Of a stretch of 64,000 bases of DNA, positions 50,809-61,643 are shown piece after piece; within the stretch, counting starts at the first letter, position 1, and every line of letters begins with the position of its first letter. A program made the position numbers and the translations under genes. The notes beneath the pieces are model-generated. The model saw only the letters and a program-made list of their open reading frames with translations. It did no database searches and was not told the DNA's origin. Origin of the DNA: Verrucomicrobiota bacterium (GTDB taxonomy: Bacteria; Verrucomicrobiota; Verrucomicrobiia; Limisphaerales; AAA164-E04); contig CP170459.1 of assembly GCA_047947115.1 (NCBI GenBank), positions 480,001-544,000 of the forward strand, read 5' to 3'.

Positions 50809-51951
50809 ATGGAACAACAACTCAAAAAAACATCTCTTTACGAACGCCACGTTTCCCACGGAGGAAAGATGGTACCATTCGGCGGCTGGGAAATGCCCGT
50901 TCAATATTCGGGCATCAAGGACGAACACCTAGCTGTCCGCAAACACGGTGGACTCTTTGACATCTGCCACATGGGGGAATTCAAGATCAGCGGACCTGCC
51001 GCTAAAACATTTCTAAACCACCTCCTTACCAACAACGTTGAAAAGCTTCAACCTGGTGACGGTCAATACTCTTTGATGTGCCTGGCAACAGGCGGTGTCG
51101 TGGATGATCTTTACCTTTATTGCCTGGAAACGGATGTTTACCTGATGATTGTCAATGCTTCCCGCCTGGACGCAGACTGGCAGTGGATGCAGAAAGCTTT
51201 GGAAGCAGGATCCATACAACCCGAGAACATCAGGTGTGAAGATCTTTCCAATCAACTGGGCGCTGTCGCGGTTCAAGGCCCCAAGGTACGTTCATGGATA
51301 GACAGCTGTTTCACCGCCATTGATCCAGGAAACAACGATTCACGCGTATCACAACTTAAAAAAAACCAGATAGGCGCGTTTCAATTTGAGAATCAAAAAG
51401 TATGGATCGGGGCGACCGGTTATACGGGGGAGGATGGATTTGAAGTCATTGCCTCAAATGACACGATCCCAGTTATTTGGGATATGCTATTGGCGAAAGG
51501 ACATGTCGGCTGCCTGCAACCGGCGGGCTTGGGCGCAAGGGACACGCTGAGAACAGAGATGTGCTACCCTCTCTATGGACACGAATTAACCACAGAAACC
51601 ACACCTATGGAGGCCGGGCTTGGATTTTTTGTGGATCTTGAAAAAGGCGACTTTATGGGTCGGGCCGCATTGTTGGCCCAAAAGGAGAAAGGTATCCAAC
51701 GACGCTGCGTCGCATTCCAAATGACGGGTCGTTCCGCTCCCCCTCGCCCCGATTACCCCGTTCTTTCAGGTGATGGCGAGCGCATTGGCATTGTAACCAG
51801 CGGCACCTCCAGCCCTTCCTTGAACAATGGTATTGGAATGGCTTACATCAACACAGCGTCTGCCAAACCAGGACAAAACATTGCCATCGAAATCCGCGGA
51901 CGCAGCTTTCCGGCAGAAATTGTAAAAAAACCCATTTACCGCAGAGCCTGA
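50809..51951 (+). CDS. gcvT: Glycine cleavage system aminomethyltransferase T
   Basis: FGGWEMPVQY, GLFDICHMG, TGYTGEDGFE, GLGARDTLRTE, VTSGT.SPSL. Confidence 0.95.
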   Translation: MEQQLKKTSLYERHVSHGGKMVPFGGWEMPVQYSGIKDEHLAVRKHGGLFDICHMGEFKISGPAAKTFLNHLLTNNVEKLQPGDGQYSLMCLATGGVVDDLYLYCLETDVYLMIVNASRLDADWQWMQKALEAGSIQPENIRCEDLSNQLGAVAVQGPKVRSWIDSCFTAIDPGNNDSRVSQLKKNQIGAFQFENQKVWIGATGYTGEDGFEVIASNDTIPVIWDMLLAKGHVGCLQPAGLGARDTLRTEMCYPLYGHELTTETTPMEAGLGFFVDLEKGDFMGRAALLAQKEKGIQRRCVAFQMTGRSAPPRPDYPVLSGDGERIGIVTSGTSSPSLNNGIGMAYINTASAKPGQNIAIEIRGRSFPAEIVKKPIYRRA

Positions 51952-51993
51952 TCTCTCTAGAATCCGGCCACAAATTTTAAGACAGAGATTCAT

Positions 51994-52380
51994 ATGAGTT
52001 CACAGATTCCAGACACGTTAAAGTACGCCAAAACGCACGAATGGGTAAAAGTGGATGGTGACACCGCCACCGTGGGCATCACGGATCATGCGCAAGCGGA
52101 GTTGACCGAGCTGGTATTCGTGGAACTCCCCGCCGTTGGCCGAGCACTTCAAGCAGGTGAAGCCTGTGCCGTCGTGGAATCGGTCAAAACCGCCAGCGAC
52201 ATCTATTCGCCTGTCTCCGGGGAAGTGATTGAAGTCAACGAATCACTGGCCGATGAACCAGGAGCGGTGAACAATGATCCCTACAACGAGGGATGGTTCT
52301 TCAAGGTGCGCATGTCCGACTCCTCGACACCTGATGGCTTGCTGTGCGCAGAAGATTATAAGGCCTTGATTGGCGAGTAG
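51994..52380 (+). CDS. gcvH: Glycine cleavage system H protein
   Basis: [21 protein letters not shown] lipoyl-Lys motif. Confidence 0.95.
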   Translation: MSSQIPDTLKYAKTHEWVKVDGDTATVGITDHAQAELTELVFVELPAVGRALQAGEACAVVESVKTASDIYSPVSGEVIEVNESLADEPGAVNNDPYNEGWFFKVRMSDSSTPDGLLCAEDYKALIGE

Positions 52381-52398
52381 CCCCCGAGGCTTCCCTTG

Positions 52399-53742
52399 CT
52401 ATTCTTTTCTGAATAGCACAATCCGGTTGGAATTAGTGCCTTTGCTATTATTGTCCACCCCCCAGCAGTTGGCGGTTTTGGTAAACTGCTGGGCGTTGAC
52501 CATCACAAATAACGGGATCAACCCAGCCTGATCACCGCATCGCAAGACGGATTCCTCCAGCTTCATCTTGCCTTTGCGGACTTCTCCCACCTCAAAGGCT
52601 ATGTGGCCACCGGGTTTCAATACCCGCGTCAATTCGACAAACACGCGTGTCATGGTTTCTTCCCAAACACTCAATTTACCGGACATCGTGATCTTCAACG
52701 CCTTGGCATCCAACCCGATAAACCAGCACCTAAGCCAGTTGTCCGTCACATAATCCACCACATCCAGAAAGGGGGGCGATGTAACCACCAAGGATACGGA
52801 AGAGGAAGCGATGGAGTCTGTATGATCAGCCAGGGCGATAACCATTTTGGATCTGAAAGCCACTTCATGGAGATTTCGGTTCTCACTGGCCGTCAAATCT
52901 TTGAGAAGCGACTTGGATTTCTTCAGGATAATCGCCGGCACATCCCTGGGAAGCGGCATCTGGTTCCTCCGTTCATTGATTCGTTTCTGGGACTGAACCG
53001 AAACCGCCTGGTTGGGAGGAAGCGAATAAACCGAGAAAAACCCCGCAGAATGACCCGTCAATCGATTGATGGCCACCAATCGAATCCAAGCATCGATGGC
53101 ATCAAGCTTCCCCTTGGATTCTCTTTTAATCAGATAGTCCCGCAGAGCACAAATAGACCGAAGCGTATCCGGATGGTAAAAAACCAGCAAATCCTTCGGA
53201 ATTTCCCCTTTATAATCCCAGATCAAAGACTTCAAACGCTCCTGAACCTCACTCAAGTCTGGAGGCGTCAACCTCGGTAAAAGCAGTCTTTCACTCAGCG
53301 GATTGATATCGCATCCATACGGAATTCTTCCCTTCAATGCGGCTTCCAGCGGAGTCGTACCCCTTCCCATGAACGGATCGTAGACGATATCCCCCTTGGC
53401 AGTCAGACGATCAATAAAAAAAGCTGGCAGCTGAGGTTTGAAACAGGCTCTGTAAGAGATTTCATGCAATGAATGGGCCTGCCTCTGTCTTGCAGTCCAA
53501 AATTCGTTGAGATACAAAGGTACCTCGGCTTTCCCTCCATCTGATTTCACATAGCGAGAAACCTCGCAAATCGTGTCTTTTCCAAATTCCCTGAATGCCA
53601 GAATTTGCTGTTTCAGATCGTGACTGGCCAAATCAACAACCATTTGTTCCAACTCCTTTACCTTTGCCTTTTTTTTCGGCAGGGGTTTTTGGGTGAAATC
53701 AAATTCCGGATGATTGAGGGGTTTTTTTCTATTCAAGTCCAA
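52399..53742 (-). CDS. Orphan amino (N4C/N6A-type) DNA methyltransferase
   Basis: DPFMGRGTT (motif I) followed by VTSPPF (motif IV), RVLKPGG. Confidence 0.8.
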   Translation of the reverse strand: MDLNRKKPLNHPEFDFTQKPLPKKKAKVKELEQMVVDLASHDLKQQILAFREFGKDTICEVSRYVKSDGGKAEVPLYLNEFWTARQRQAHSLHEISYRACFKPQLPAFFIDRLTAKGDIVYDPFMGRGTTPLEAALKGRIPYGCDINPLSERLLLPRLTPPDLSEVQERLKSLIWDYKGEIPKDLLVFYHPDTLRSICALRDYLIKRESKGKLDAIDAWIRLVAINRLTGHSAGFFSVYSLPPNQAVSVQSQKRINERRNQMPLPRDVPAIILKKSKSLLKDLTASENRNLHEVAFRSKMVIALADHTDSIASSSVSLVVTSPPFLDVVDYVTDNWLRCWFIGLDAKALKITMSGKLSVWEETMTRVFVELTRVLKPGGHIAFEVGEVRKGKMKLEESVLRCGDQAGLIPLFVMVNAQQFTKTANCWGVDNNSKGTNSNRIVLFRKE

Positions 53743-53757
53743 TTCCTGTTGTGAAAA

Positions 53758-54669
53758 CTAAATATTGGGCCCACTCAGCTCTGCTGCGGATGGGCTGGTC
53801 CACCGCTCGCCCGCTTTCAACACTTTGTAGGATTGATGAATGGCTTCGCAAGCCTCCACAAACGCCTTTGGAGATTCGGTATTAAAATCGAACATTTCAT
53901 AGTGACATGGTATAACGCACCCGGCGCCAATATCCTTGGCCAATTGGGCCGCCTCCCTTCCCCACATATTGCCGGAGACTCGACGTTCAGGGCGACTTCC
54001 ATTGATAGGCAATAGTGCAAGGTCAATCGACCACTGATGCAAGAGCATTTCCATGCCGTCATAAACCACCGTGTCACCGCTGTGATAAACCGTCCAAGGA
54101 CCAAACTTAACGACGTATCCCAAGTACTTATGTCGCCCGTATTCATCACGATCCAGATTCTCGTGAGCCGCCGGAATGGCGTGTATTTCGAAAGGAGGAA
54201 AGCACATGAACGATCCGGCGGTCAGCCCATGAGGCCATTCCACGGATACTTCCAGTCGATCTGCCACAAAAGCCCGGTTGGCTTCAGGAATCACCATTTG
54301 GACACCGGGTGAGAATTCAATCAACGGCACAAGGGTTTCCTTATCCAGATGGTCGGTGTGGTTATGACTGGAAGTCACAATATCAATAAATGTCAGACGC
54401 TCCGGAGCCACAACACGTTCCGTCATGCGAACGTGAGGCTTATCAGTCTGGGCATATTTCCGGGTCAATGAATCAGACAGGTACGGATCGAACAACAAGT
54501 GCCTACCCTGCCAGCAGAGCAAGAATCCGCTCTGACCAAGCCACCAGACATGAAAGTGATCGTTGTCGTGTTCGACCGATGAAATATCCGAGATCAAATC
54601 TTCATCCTGTAGAACAGGCTTAATCAATGCGCCACTCATGAACCGTTTTCTGTTGGAAAGTGATTTCAA
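53758..54669 (-). CDS. MBL-fold metallohydrolase (UlaG-like)
   Basis: WLGQSGF, DPYLS, SHNHTDHLD, YHSGDT, IPCHY. Confidence 0.85.
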   Translation of the reverse strand: MKSLSNRKRFMSGALIKPVLQDEDLISDISSVEHDNDHFHVWWLGQSGFLLCWQGRHLLFDPYLSDSLTRKYAQTDKPHVRMTERVVAPERLTFIDIVTSSHNHTDHLDKETLVPLIEFSPGVQMVIPEANRAFVADRLEVSVEWPHGLTAGSFMCFPPFEIHAIPAAHENLDRDEYGRHKYLGYVVKFGPWTVYHSGDTVVYDGMEMLLHQWSIDLALLPINGSRPERRVSGNMWGREAAQLAKDIGAGCVIPCHYEMFDFNTESPKAFVEACEAIHQSYKVLKAGERWTSPSAAELSGPNI

Positions 54670-55697
54670 ATAGAACTCCGAACCCTCATGACACCATCAA
54701 CCATGTTCCGAAGTTTTTTTCTGGCTGCCCAACGCGCAGTCTGACTGAGCCCACAATCGGGTGCGAAAGAAAGTCGATCAGCCGTAGCATACCTCAAACA
54801 GGCTTTGACGCGATCGGCGACGTTTTCCGAAGTCTCGATATAGTAACTCTTCACATCCACCACCCCGACGGCAACATCACAACGTTTGGAGATAGTTTCC
54901 AGTATCTCAAGTTCGGCGAATTCCCGGTTGGCCATTTCCACATGGATTTCATCAACCTTCATGTCCAGAAACTCCGGAAACATCGGCGCATACTGACGCC
55001 ACCCCACAGCATGCCCCTTGAAATTACCGAAGCAAAAATGCGTTGAAAGATGGCATTTTCCCACCACGCCCTCCACCGTGCGGTTGAAGATATCTACCAG
55101 ACGCTTCTTATCTTCCTTGTAGGCATAACAGCTCATGGAAGGCTCATCGACGGTCAATTCCCGACAACCGGCCGCCACAAGGTCTTCCAATTCCTTTCGC
55201 ACCAAAGGAAGCAGGGCTTCGGTGATAGCATAACGATCCTGATATTGTTTGTTCGGCAACAATCGCCCACTCAGGGTGAAAGGACCGGGAACACTGGCCT
55301 TCAAAGTCGGTCCATCTGAGGGTGCAAGGCGCTGAAATCGAACAAAGTCTTCGACCGCTCCCAATCCCTTGGGGGCGGCGAGTTCTCCGGAAATGGCGTG
55401 CTTTCCTCGTTGATCATGCGCGGGAGGACCAAATCGACGGGGACTTTCCCCTTCCAACTCAATACCATCAAGAAATCCATAAAAAGACAGGTTGAAATCC
55501 AACCGCGTCTGCTCACCGTCCGTAATCACATCCAATCCCGCCTGCAACTGATCCTGTATGGCGACCGCGACAGCGTCATCGATCATTTCTTCCCTGTCCG
55601 CGGAACCGAACGCGTCCAGGTTTCGACTGGCGAATTCAAGCCAGGACGGAAATGGATAGCTTCCAATAACGGTTGTTCTCAATGGTTGATCTTTCAT
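54666..55697 (-). CDS. Cobalamin-independent methionine synthase II family (single-barrel MetE-like)
   Basis: TTVIGSYP, DVITDGE, VDEP, HFCFGN, HVE, APDCGL zinc ligands. Confidence 0.85.
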   Translation of the reverse strand: MKDQPLRTTVIGSYPFPSWLEFASRNLDAFGSADREEMIDDAVAVAIQDQLQAGLDVITDGEQTRLDFNLSFYGFLDGIELEGESPRRFGPPAHDQRGKHAISGELAAPKGLGAVEDFVRFQRLAPSDGPTLKASVPGPFTLSGRLLPNKQYQDRYAITEALLPLVRKELEDLVAAGCRELTVDEPSMSCYAYKEDKKRLVDIFNRTVEGVVGKCHLSTHFCFGNFKGHAVGWRQYAPMFPEFLDMKVDEIHVEMANREFAELEILETISKRCDVAVGVVDVKSYYIETSENVADRVKACLRYATADRLSFAPDCGLSQTARWAARKKLRNMVDGVMRVRSSI

Positions 55698-55711
55698 GAC
55701 ATTCTTATCCT

Positions 55712-56497
55712 TTATTTTCCCAAGTCTGCAAAAAGCTGCGCGATACGGCGACCATGTTCATCGTAGGCGGCCTCAAATAACTGAGTGGCTCTTTCACCAC
55801 CCACGACCGCTGCAGCGGTCAAGACCTTGGGCGGATGTCCGGCTCGTGTCAATCGATCTGCCACTTCTGCTTTGATGCAGTTAATCAGCAGGCAACCTCC
55901 CACCGTGCTCCCGGGCGAAACAGGTGTCTCAAGTCCATCGATGGAAACCATAGCATCCCCAACCGGAGCGCCAGTATCCAATTCTATGTCCGAAAGGTCG
56001 GACAGCTTGAGTCCTCCGGGGTGTTTGCTCTTACTGGCATGAGAATGTTCACGGCTGACCATTCCAACCACCTTCACCCCTCGTTTGCGAAACCCTTCGG
56101 CCATTTCAACAGGCACAACATTGCAACCGGAAGAAGAAATCACCATGGCGGAATCCTCCGACTTGATATCAAAATTCCGCAAAATTCGATCCGCCAACCC
56201 AGACACGTTCTCAAGAAACATGGCCTGACGCTGCCCATTGGACCCCACAACGTCGTGATGATAGGTGAGGGACAGTTCCACAATGGGATGAAAACCAGGA
56301 AACGAACCATATCGAGGCCACATTTCCTCCACCATGATACGACTGTGCCCTGAACCAAAAAGATGGACCATTCGACCAGACAGAATGGTTGCTGCAAACA
56401 AATCGGCCACCTCCCGTATGGTGTCCATTTGATTGGAGACGATCTCCCAAATATGACGGGCTGATGACAAGTACCGTTCACCACTCGTTTCAGACAT
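55712..56497 (-). CDS. SIS-domain sugar isomerase
   Basis: HLFGSGHS, VISSSGCN, DTGAPVGDA, PGST. Confidence 0.8.
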   Translation of the reverse strand: MSETSGERYLSSARHIWEIVSNQMDTIREVADLFAATILSGRMVHLFGSGHSRIMVEEMWPRYGSFPGFHPIVELSLTYHHDVVGSNGQRQAMFLENVSGLADRILRNFDIKSEDSAMVISSSGCNVVPVEMAEGFRKRGVKVVGMVSREHSHASKSKHPGGLKLSDLSDIELDTGAPVGDAMVSIDGLETPVSPGSTVGGCLLINCIKAEVADRLTRAGHPPKVLTAAAVVGGERATQLFEAAYDEHGRRIAQLFADLGK

Positions 56498-56536
56498 GAA
56501 TCTCTCTTTGAAGTTGAAAATTGATTTTGGAATCCC

Positions 56537-57289
56537 TTAACGAGAATGACTCAGGAACCACTCGTAAAGCTTGGGATTGCTGTAAGTCTCGGTCCACGAA
56601 TTATGGCCGGCATCCGGGTAGATGGTCAGTTGAATATTTCCTTCAACCCGATCCCGAATCATGGCGACCAGACGTTCGCTTTCCTCAGGCAGCACCACAG
56701 TGTCTTTGCCTCCATGAAAAACCCAGATGGGTAACGATTGCAACGCTTCACGAGATTTGGGCAACAAAAAATCCCGAGTATTCCCACCTCCACAAATGGG
56801 AACAGCAGCGGCAAATCGCTCAGGAGCTTTACCGATCAAGTTCCAAGTCCCAAAACCACCCATGCTCAGCCCTGTCACGTAAATTCGCTTTTCGTCGATC
56901 CTCAATCGATGTGTCACGTCATCCAATAACGCCAACAATGCATCCGCGTCCCAAACGGTTCCTGTCGGGCATTGAGGAGAAATCACGACAAAAGGGAAAT
57001 CTGGCTTGGATTCGACTATCATGGGAGGACCGTGCACCTTCACCTTGTTCAAGTCATCTCCCCGCTCACCCGCTCCATGCAGGAACAAGATCAACGGCCA
57101 TTCTTTTTCCTGATCCTCATCATAACTGGCAGGAAGAAACTGCAGGTATCGATAACCCACTTTTTTGGAGACTACTCCTTCAAAAGAATGAGCGGATTGT
57201 GCCGCTGTCTCAGCCTTTAACGACCCACTGGAATGCGTCACTCCGATGAGACTTATCAAGCAAACCAACCATTTCAAAACGGATTTCAT
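56537..57289 (-). CDS. Secreted alpha/beta hydrolase (esterase/peptidase-like)
   Basis: PLILFLHGAGERG, TGLSMGG, WVFHGGKD, GHNSW; probable start 57289 with signal peptide. Confidence 0.85.
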   Translation of the reverse strand: MKSVLKWLVCLISLIGVTHSSGSLKAETAAQSAHSFEGVVSKKVGYRYLQFLPASYDEDQEKEWPLILFLHGAGERGDDLNKVKVHGPPMIVESKPDFPFVVISPQCPTGTVWDADALLALLDDVTHRLRIDEKRIYVTGLSMGGFGTWNLIGKAPERFAAAVPICGGGNTRDFLLPKSREALQSLPIWVFHGGKDTVVLPEESERLVAMIRDRVEGNIQLTIYPDAGHNSWTETYSNPKLYEWFLSHSR

Positions 57290-57552
57290 GCTTCCTTGAT
57301 CTCTTAAACCACCCCGCAAGTCAAGCTCCTGCGATCCCACTGACAAATGCGTCAACCTATCCTGCTTTCTGGTTTCGTGTGGCTCGACGGAAGGAAAGCG
57401 TTCGCACAGCACTAATTTCCAAAGAACTGCTCAATCGAAAAAATCTTTGGTGCAAGCAGCAAAAACAAGTAACCGACGAAGGGAATGACAAGTCAACACA
57501 TCATAAGTGGGGGCATTTTGCCCTGAGAATGACACTAAAAGGGGCTTTTAGA

Positions 57553-57568
57553 TGGCACCGGAAATGCT
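57553..57568 (+). promoter_or_regulatory. Putative sigma-54 promoter of the AraC gene
   Basis: TGGCACCGGAAATGCT (GG-N10-GC) 23 bp before the ATG. Confidence 0.55.
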
Positions 57569-58280
57569 AGACGCTGGACTGAATTATCAACATGACTGAG
57601 ATGTCAAAAACCAAAGAACAACAGGTAAGACAAGAAATGGTCTTAGACCGTGGAACCGGAAAGCAGCGTCCCTTTGCCGATGGGCTCATAGCCTCAAGCG
57701 CGCCACTCAATTGGCAGGGAATACTGGTGGAGCAACACCGGCTCAACCAGTATGATGCCAGTGACATTATGTGGTTTAATCACGTTGTCACATTGCACCT
57801 TGGTCCGCCTGCAGAGGTTGAATTCAAGTCAAACGGCGACTATCAGACGACAAAATTAATGCCGGGGCAAATCTGCATTCGCCCAGCCATGAGCGTCAGT
57901 GCCGCCCGCACCAAGGAACCCGTGGAATTTGCAACCGTTTCACTGACTCCGGAGTTCATGTCTCTGGCGTGCTGCGATCTTTTCAAACTGGACACCATAC
58001 AATTGGAAATGAAAAGTGCCATCCATGATCCATACGCCGAAAGTGTTTGCCGGACCCTGCTTCAAGAGACCATCAAGGGAAGTCCCACCGGAAACCGCTA
58101 TGCTGAATCACTCGCAACCAGTCTGGCCGTCCACCTCGCCAGCCAGCATGGAGGGGGCGAAAGCCAGACACCACCACGAACAGGAGGTCTGACCGGCCCC
58201 CAGCTGAAGCGGGCAATTGGATACGTCCACGGCAACCTTTCAGCAAATGTATCCCTCAGAAACATGGCGGACACAGCGGG

Positions 58281-59751
58281 GAACGGTGTCAAAAAAGTCA
58301 ATCATAACTTCGCATATAAACGGATGAGATGAGCCGCCATGTCAATTAGGGGCTTTTCTAAAAAGAAAAATGATCTCAAGCACCGGATAAACTTTACGCT
58401 TCGCTTGGAGTAGCGCTGGACGCATTCGTACACCGTTGACCATTTTCTCCCGGCTTCTTTGGCAGCGTTTTTCATTGCTTCAAAGCGAATTTGACGTCGA
58501 CGAATTTCTGCTTCGTTGCTCACTCCGTAATCCTTTTCCAAATCATGCTCCATCAAGAGACAGAGGTTATGTGCCAGGCAAAGAAAGTTGGCTTGAATCT
58601 TCTTGGCCCGGACTGATCCGGCCCATGCCTTTTTCTCCTGAAGTGTATTTTTAAACTCATCGAATACCTTCTCAATATCCCAACGCATCCGATAGAGCTG
58701 TGCTAACAAACCTGGCGAAATCGTCAATTGGTTGGTGATCAAAACGTGTTCCTTCCCAGTTTGCGGATCGACACATACGATTCGTCGAAGAATGCTCTGG
58801 TTATTGACTATGATTTTTTCATCGGACGTGATTCCGTGATTGATACCATTTTCATGATCGACTTCCAGTTCATCCAGACATTCATAGGCAGTTCCGTCTT
58901 TCATGCGGGAAACGAAATAAATTCCACCTCGTGATTTCCACCAATCCCACTCATTGAAATCGATGGACGCAGAGTCATACACATAGAGAACTTTGCGTCC
59001 CGTCTTGGCACCCTGCCTGAGTGTTTCGATACCCATCCTTTTGAGGGCTCGCATGTCATGCTCATGCTTACGATGAACCTCATCGGCTGTATCCAGCAAC
59101 TTGATTGCATGGGATCTCAGATTCAGGGCGTAGAAGTAACCGGGAGCCCATTTCTTTTCATTCTTGCGTACTTCATGAGCCGAAGCACCATGCCAATGGC
59201 CATCAGCGGCATAGATGTCATATTTTTTTAGTTCCTCAAAATCCTGAAGAGGGTCATTAAGTTCTTTGGCTGCTTTAGCGCAAATACTATCATTTAATTC
59301 ATCGGCAAGAAGGAGGCGTCGGTTACTTTTGAGAGATTCGAAATAAAGCCCCACAGAAATATCACTCTGAAAGTGGGGGCCGTATTGCTGGAGAAACCCC
59401 CGGCCGCTGGGGGATTCCATAAGAATTCGGGTGACTCCTAATTCAAGCCAATGCTGGTCGGGTAATTCATTACATTGGCGAGTGTGAACAGCTCGATTCA
59501 AGGCGTCAAATAAAGGCTTGAAGAATGCTGTAAATATCTTATTATCAGTTAATAGAGCTCTTGGCATGAAAATTTTTTGGGGTCAGAGCGCTAGAGTCAA
59601 CTTTAATCGCACAAAAACCGGCTAAATTCTCTGTTTTAGAGCATTTTAATCATTTTGAAACCCTTGAAAAGAACCGAATCAGACAACTGAAACACATCGC
59701 AGGAACCCGGTTTCAGGCGGCAAATTTGGCTTCACTCTTTTGACACCGTTC
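58281..59751 (-). mobile_element. IS4-family insertion sequence (1471 bp)
   Basis: TIRs GAACGGTGTCAAAA (14/14, 19/21 extended); 8-bp target duplication ACAGCGGG at 58273-58280 and 59752-59759. Confidence 0.92.
58302..59567 (-). CDS. IS4-family DDE transposase
   Basis: AADG, VYDS, YRMRWDIEKVFDEFK (YREK motif). Confidence 0.9.
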   Translation of the reverse strand: MPRALLTDNKIFTAFFKPLFDALNRAVHTRQCNELPDQHWLELGVTRILMESPSGRGFLQQYGPHFQSDISVGLYFESLKSNRRLLLADELNDSICAKAAKELNDPLQDFEELKKYDIYAADGHWHGASAHEVRKNEKKWAPGYFYALNLRSHAIKLLDTADEVHRKHEHDMRALKRMGIETLRQGAKTGRKVLYVYDSASIDFNEWDWWKSRGGIYFVSRMKDGTAYECLDELEVDHENGINHGITSDEKIIVNNQSILRRIVCVDPQTGKEHVLITNQLTISPGLLAQLYRMRWDIEKVFDEFKNTLQEKKAWAGSVRAKKIQANFLCLAHNLCLLMEHDLEKDYGVSNEAEIRRRQIRFEAMKNAAKEAGRKWSTVYECVQRYSKRSVKFIRCLRSFFFLEKPLIDMAAHLIRLYAKL

Positions 59752-60205
59752 ACAGCGGGCCTGAGTCCCTTCCACTTCGCCAGGCAGTTCAAAATCAGCA
59801 TGGGCTACTCCCCTTACCAATTTGTGCTCCGACAAAGAATCGAACGCGCCAAGCAATTGTTGATCCAGGGCGAGAAATCACTGGCGGAAATTGCGGTGGA
59901 AGTGGGGTTTTACGATCAAAGCCATTTCGCTCAACAATTCAAAAGGCATTGCGGCATCACTCCCAAAAAGTTTGCCAATAAAAGTGGTTACAAGAAACCG
60001 AGGGAGAAAAACTAATACGCGTTCAACCGAGATTTCGAACAATCCTCCACATCTCCTCTTTGTTCAGCAGCATCAAGCGTGACTGGAAACCAGCGCCCGA
60101 AAGATCAAATGATCCTCCGGGCGTTTTCCTTAGGTAAGCGTCTTCGTCCAGCCAATCATAAAAAAACACCGTCATACTGGGACAACGAAATATGCTCCCC
60201 CAAAA

Positions 60206-61220
60206 TCAGGGCACACACAAGTCACCCAAACAGATGTGTGAAACTCCGGGTCCCCACTGCGCTTCCATATCAAATCCTAAAAACGATACCGCCCCTCGGA
60301 ACGGCACGCTCTCATCCTCCGAGTCATAGAACAGTTCTCCGTCGGCGATGTTGATCGCCTGGTTGATAAATGGAGGAATGGCTGGAGCCGAAAGATTACC
60401 TATCGCGGAGGCAGACAAGCCAAACCGATCGGCCGCTATCGTCACTTCAAGATCACCTATGGCTGTTTCCTCCAAGTTGCGTGCCGCAAACGCCACCTGT
60501 CCGTTACCTCCGCTCAATCGGAAATAACGCTTGGCATCTTCCGCATCCTGTTGATCTCCCCCTGTCAAATCAATGCCGGCAAAGGAAAATGCATCAAACG
60601 GGAATGTTAAATCAAACTCTGGACGATCAATCGTCAAGGCAGGGATATTGACACCGGAAGAAGGCCAATCATCGTTGCCAATGATATCCAGTTTACCGGA
60701 GGCCAATCTTAGAGAATAATCACCCGTTAATGCATGATACTCCATTGTGGAAACGGAGTCCGTGCTTAGTCGGATCACACTGTTAAAATCAATATCCAGT
60801 GGCTGGATTTGCATAACCATGAGACCGTCAGAACCAGCAACCACTTCGCTCACAGTGACTGACTCTCCAAACAGTCCCAACACAAGATTACGGATACCCG
60901 CCTCGTAACCTCCAACAGTGCGCCTTACAAAGAGTCGCGGATTGTTTGAACCTGCTTTCATGGACATAAAACCATCCGACCACAGCGAACTGTTGGGAAT
61001 CAGATCCGTCACCTCAAACTCAAAATCATCGAAACTCGAGGTAAATTGATAGGGTTGATTATAAATCCACCCGTTGATGGGATCGCGGAACATCCGCAAT
61101 CGTCCATTAAAAGTAAATTGAATCCCATTGCGAGTATCTAACGTAAGCTGACTACCCGCTGCAAATTCGCAAATGTTCGCAATGAGAGGTGTATCAGTAT
61201 CCAAAGTCACATTGGCCACT
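60206..61220 (-). pseudogene. 5'-truncated fragment of a beta-rich hypothetical protein
   Basis: About 340 codons of protein-like ORF whose 5' end runs out of frame into the kinase fragment, with no convincing own start or signal peptide. Confidence 0.5.
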
Positions 61221-61643
61221 GGGATCCATGGGAAGCGAAACGGAAGACAAATCACCACCGCGAATCCAGCTCATACTGAACCAGGGCAATCCCCGGGATT
61301 CCCCCGACTCGAATACCTGGATAATGTGGGGATGCGACAACCGTGCCACGGATTCGATTTCCTGTTTGAAACGACGGAGCGCAGAAAGGCTGCTCATCAA
61401 TCCTGGATTCAAAACTTTAACAGCAACCAAACGATCTGTTCTCAATTGCCTGGCTCGATAAACCCTTCCCATGCCACCCGTCCCTATCAAGGCTTCCACC
61501 TTGTGGCCGGGAATGGAGGGAAACGATTCATCTAAAAACGTGCACTCCTGGCCGGAATCGAGTTTCTCGGTATCAACGATTCCCAGCCCCATGAGTTTGT
61601 GCAACACATGTCCCTTTAAATGAGTGTCCTGGATTCGCTTCAT
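61194..61643 (-). pseudogene. Truncated Hanks-type Ser/Thr kinase (N-lobe only)
   Basis: IGTGGMGRVY, VAVKVL, RFKQE, LSHPHII present; HRD catalytic loop absent; stops soon after subdomain V. Confidence 0.85.

Larger units (their letters stand above)
57592..60015 (+). pseudogene. AraC-family regulator interrupted by an IS4-family element
   Basis: Removing 58281-59751 and one copy of the duplication restores ...SLRNMADTAGLSPFHFARQFK...SLAEIAVEVGFYDQSHF in frame. Confidence 0.92.
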
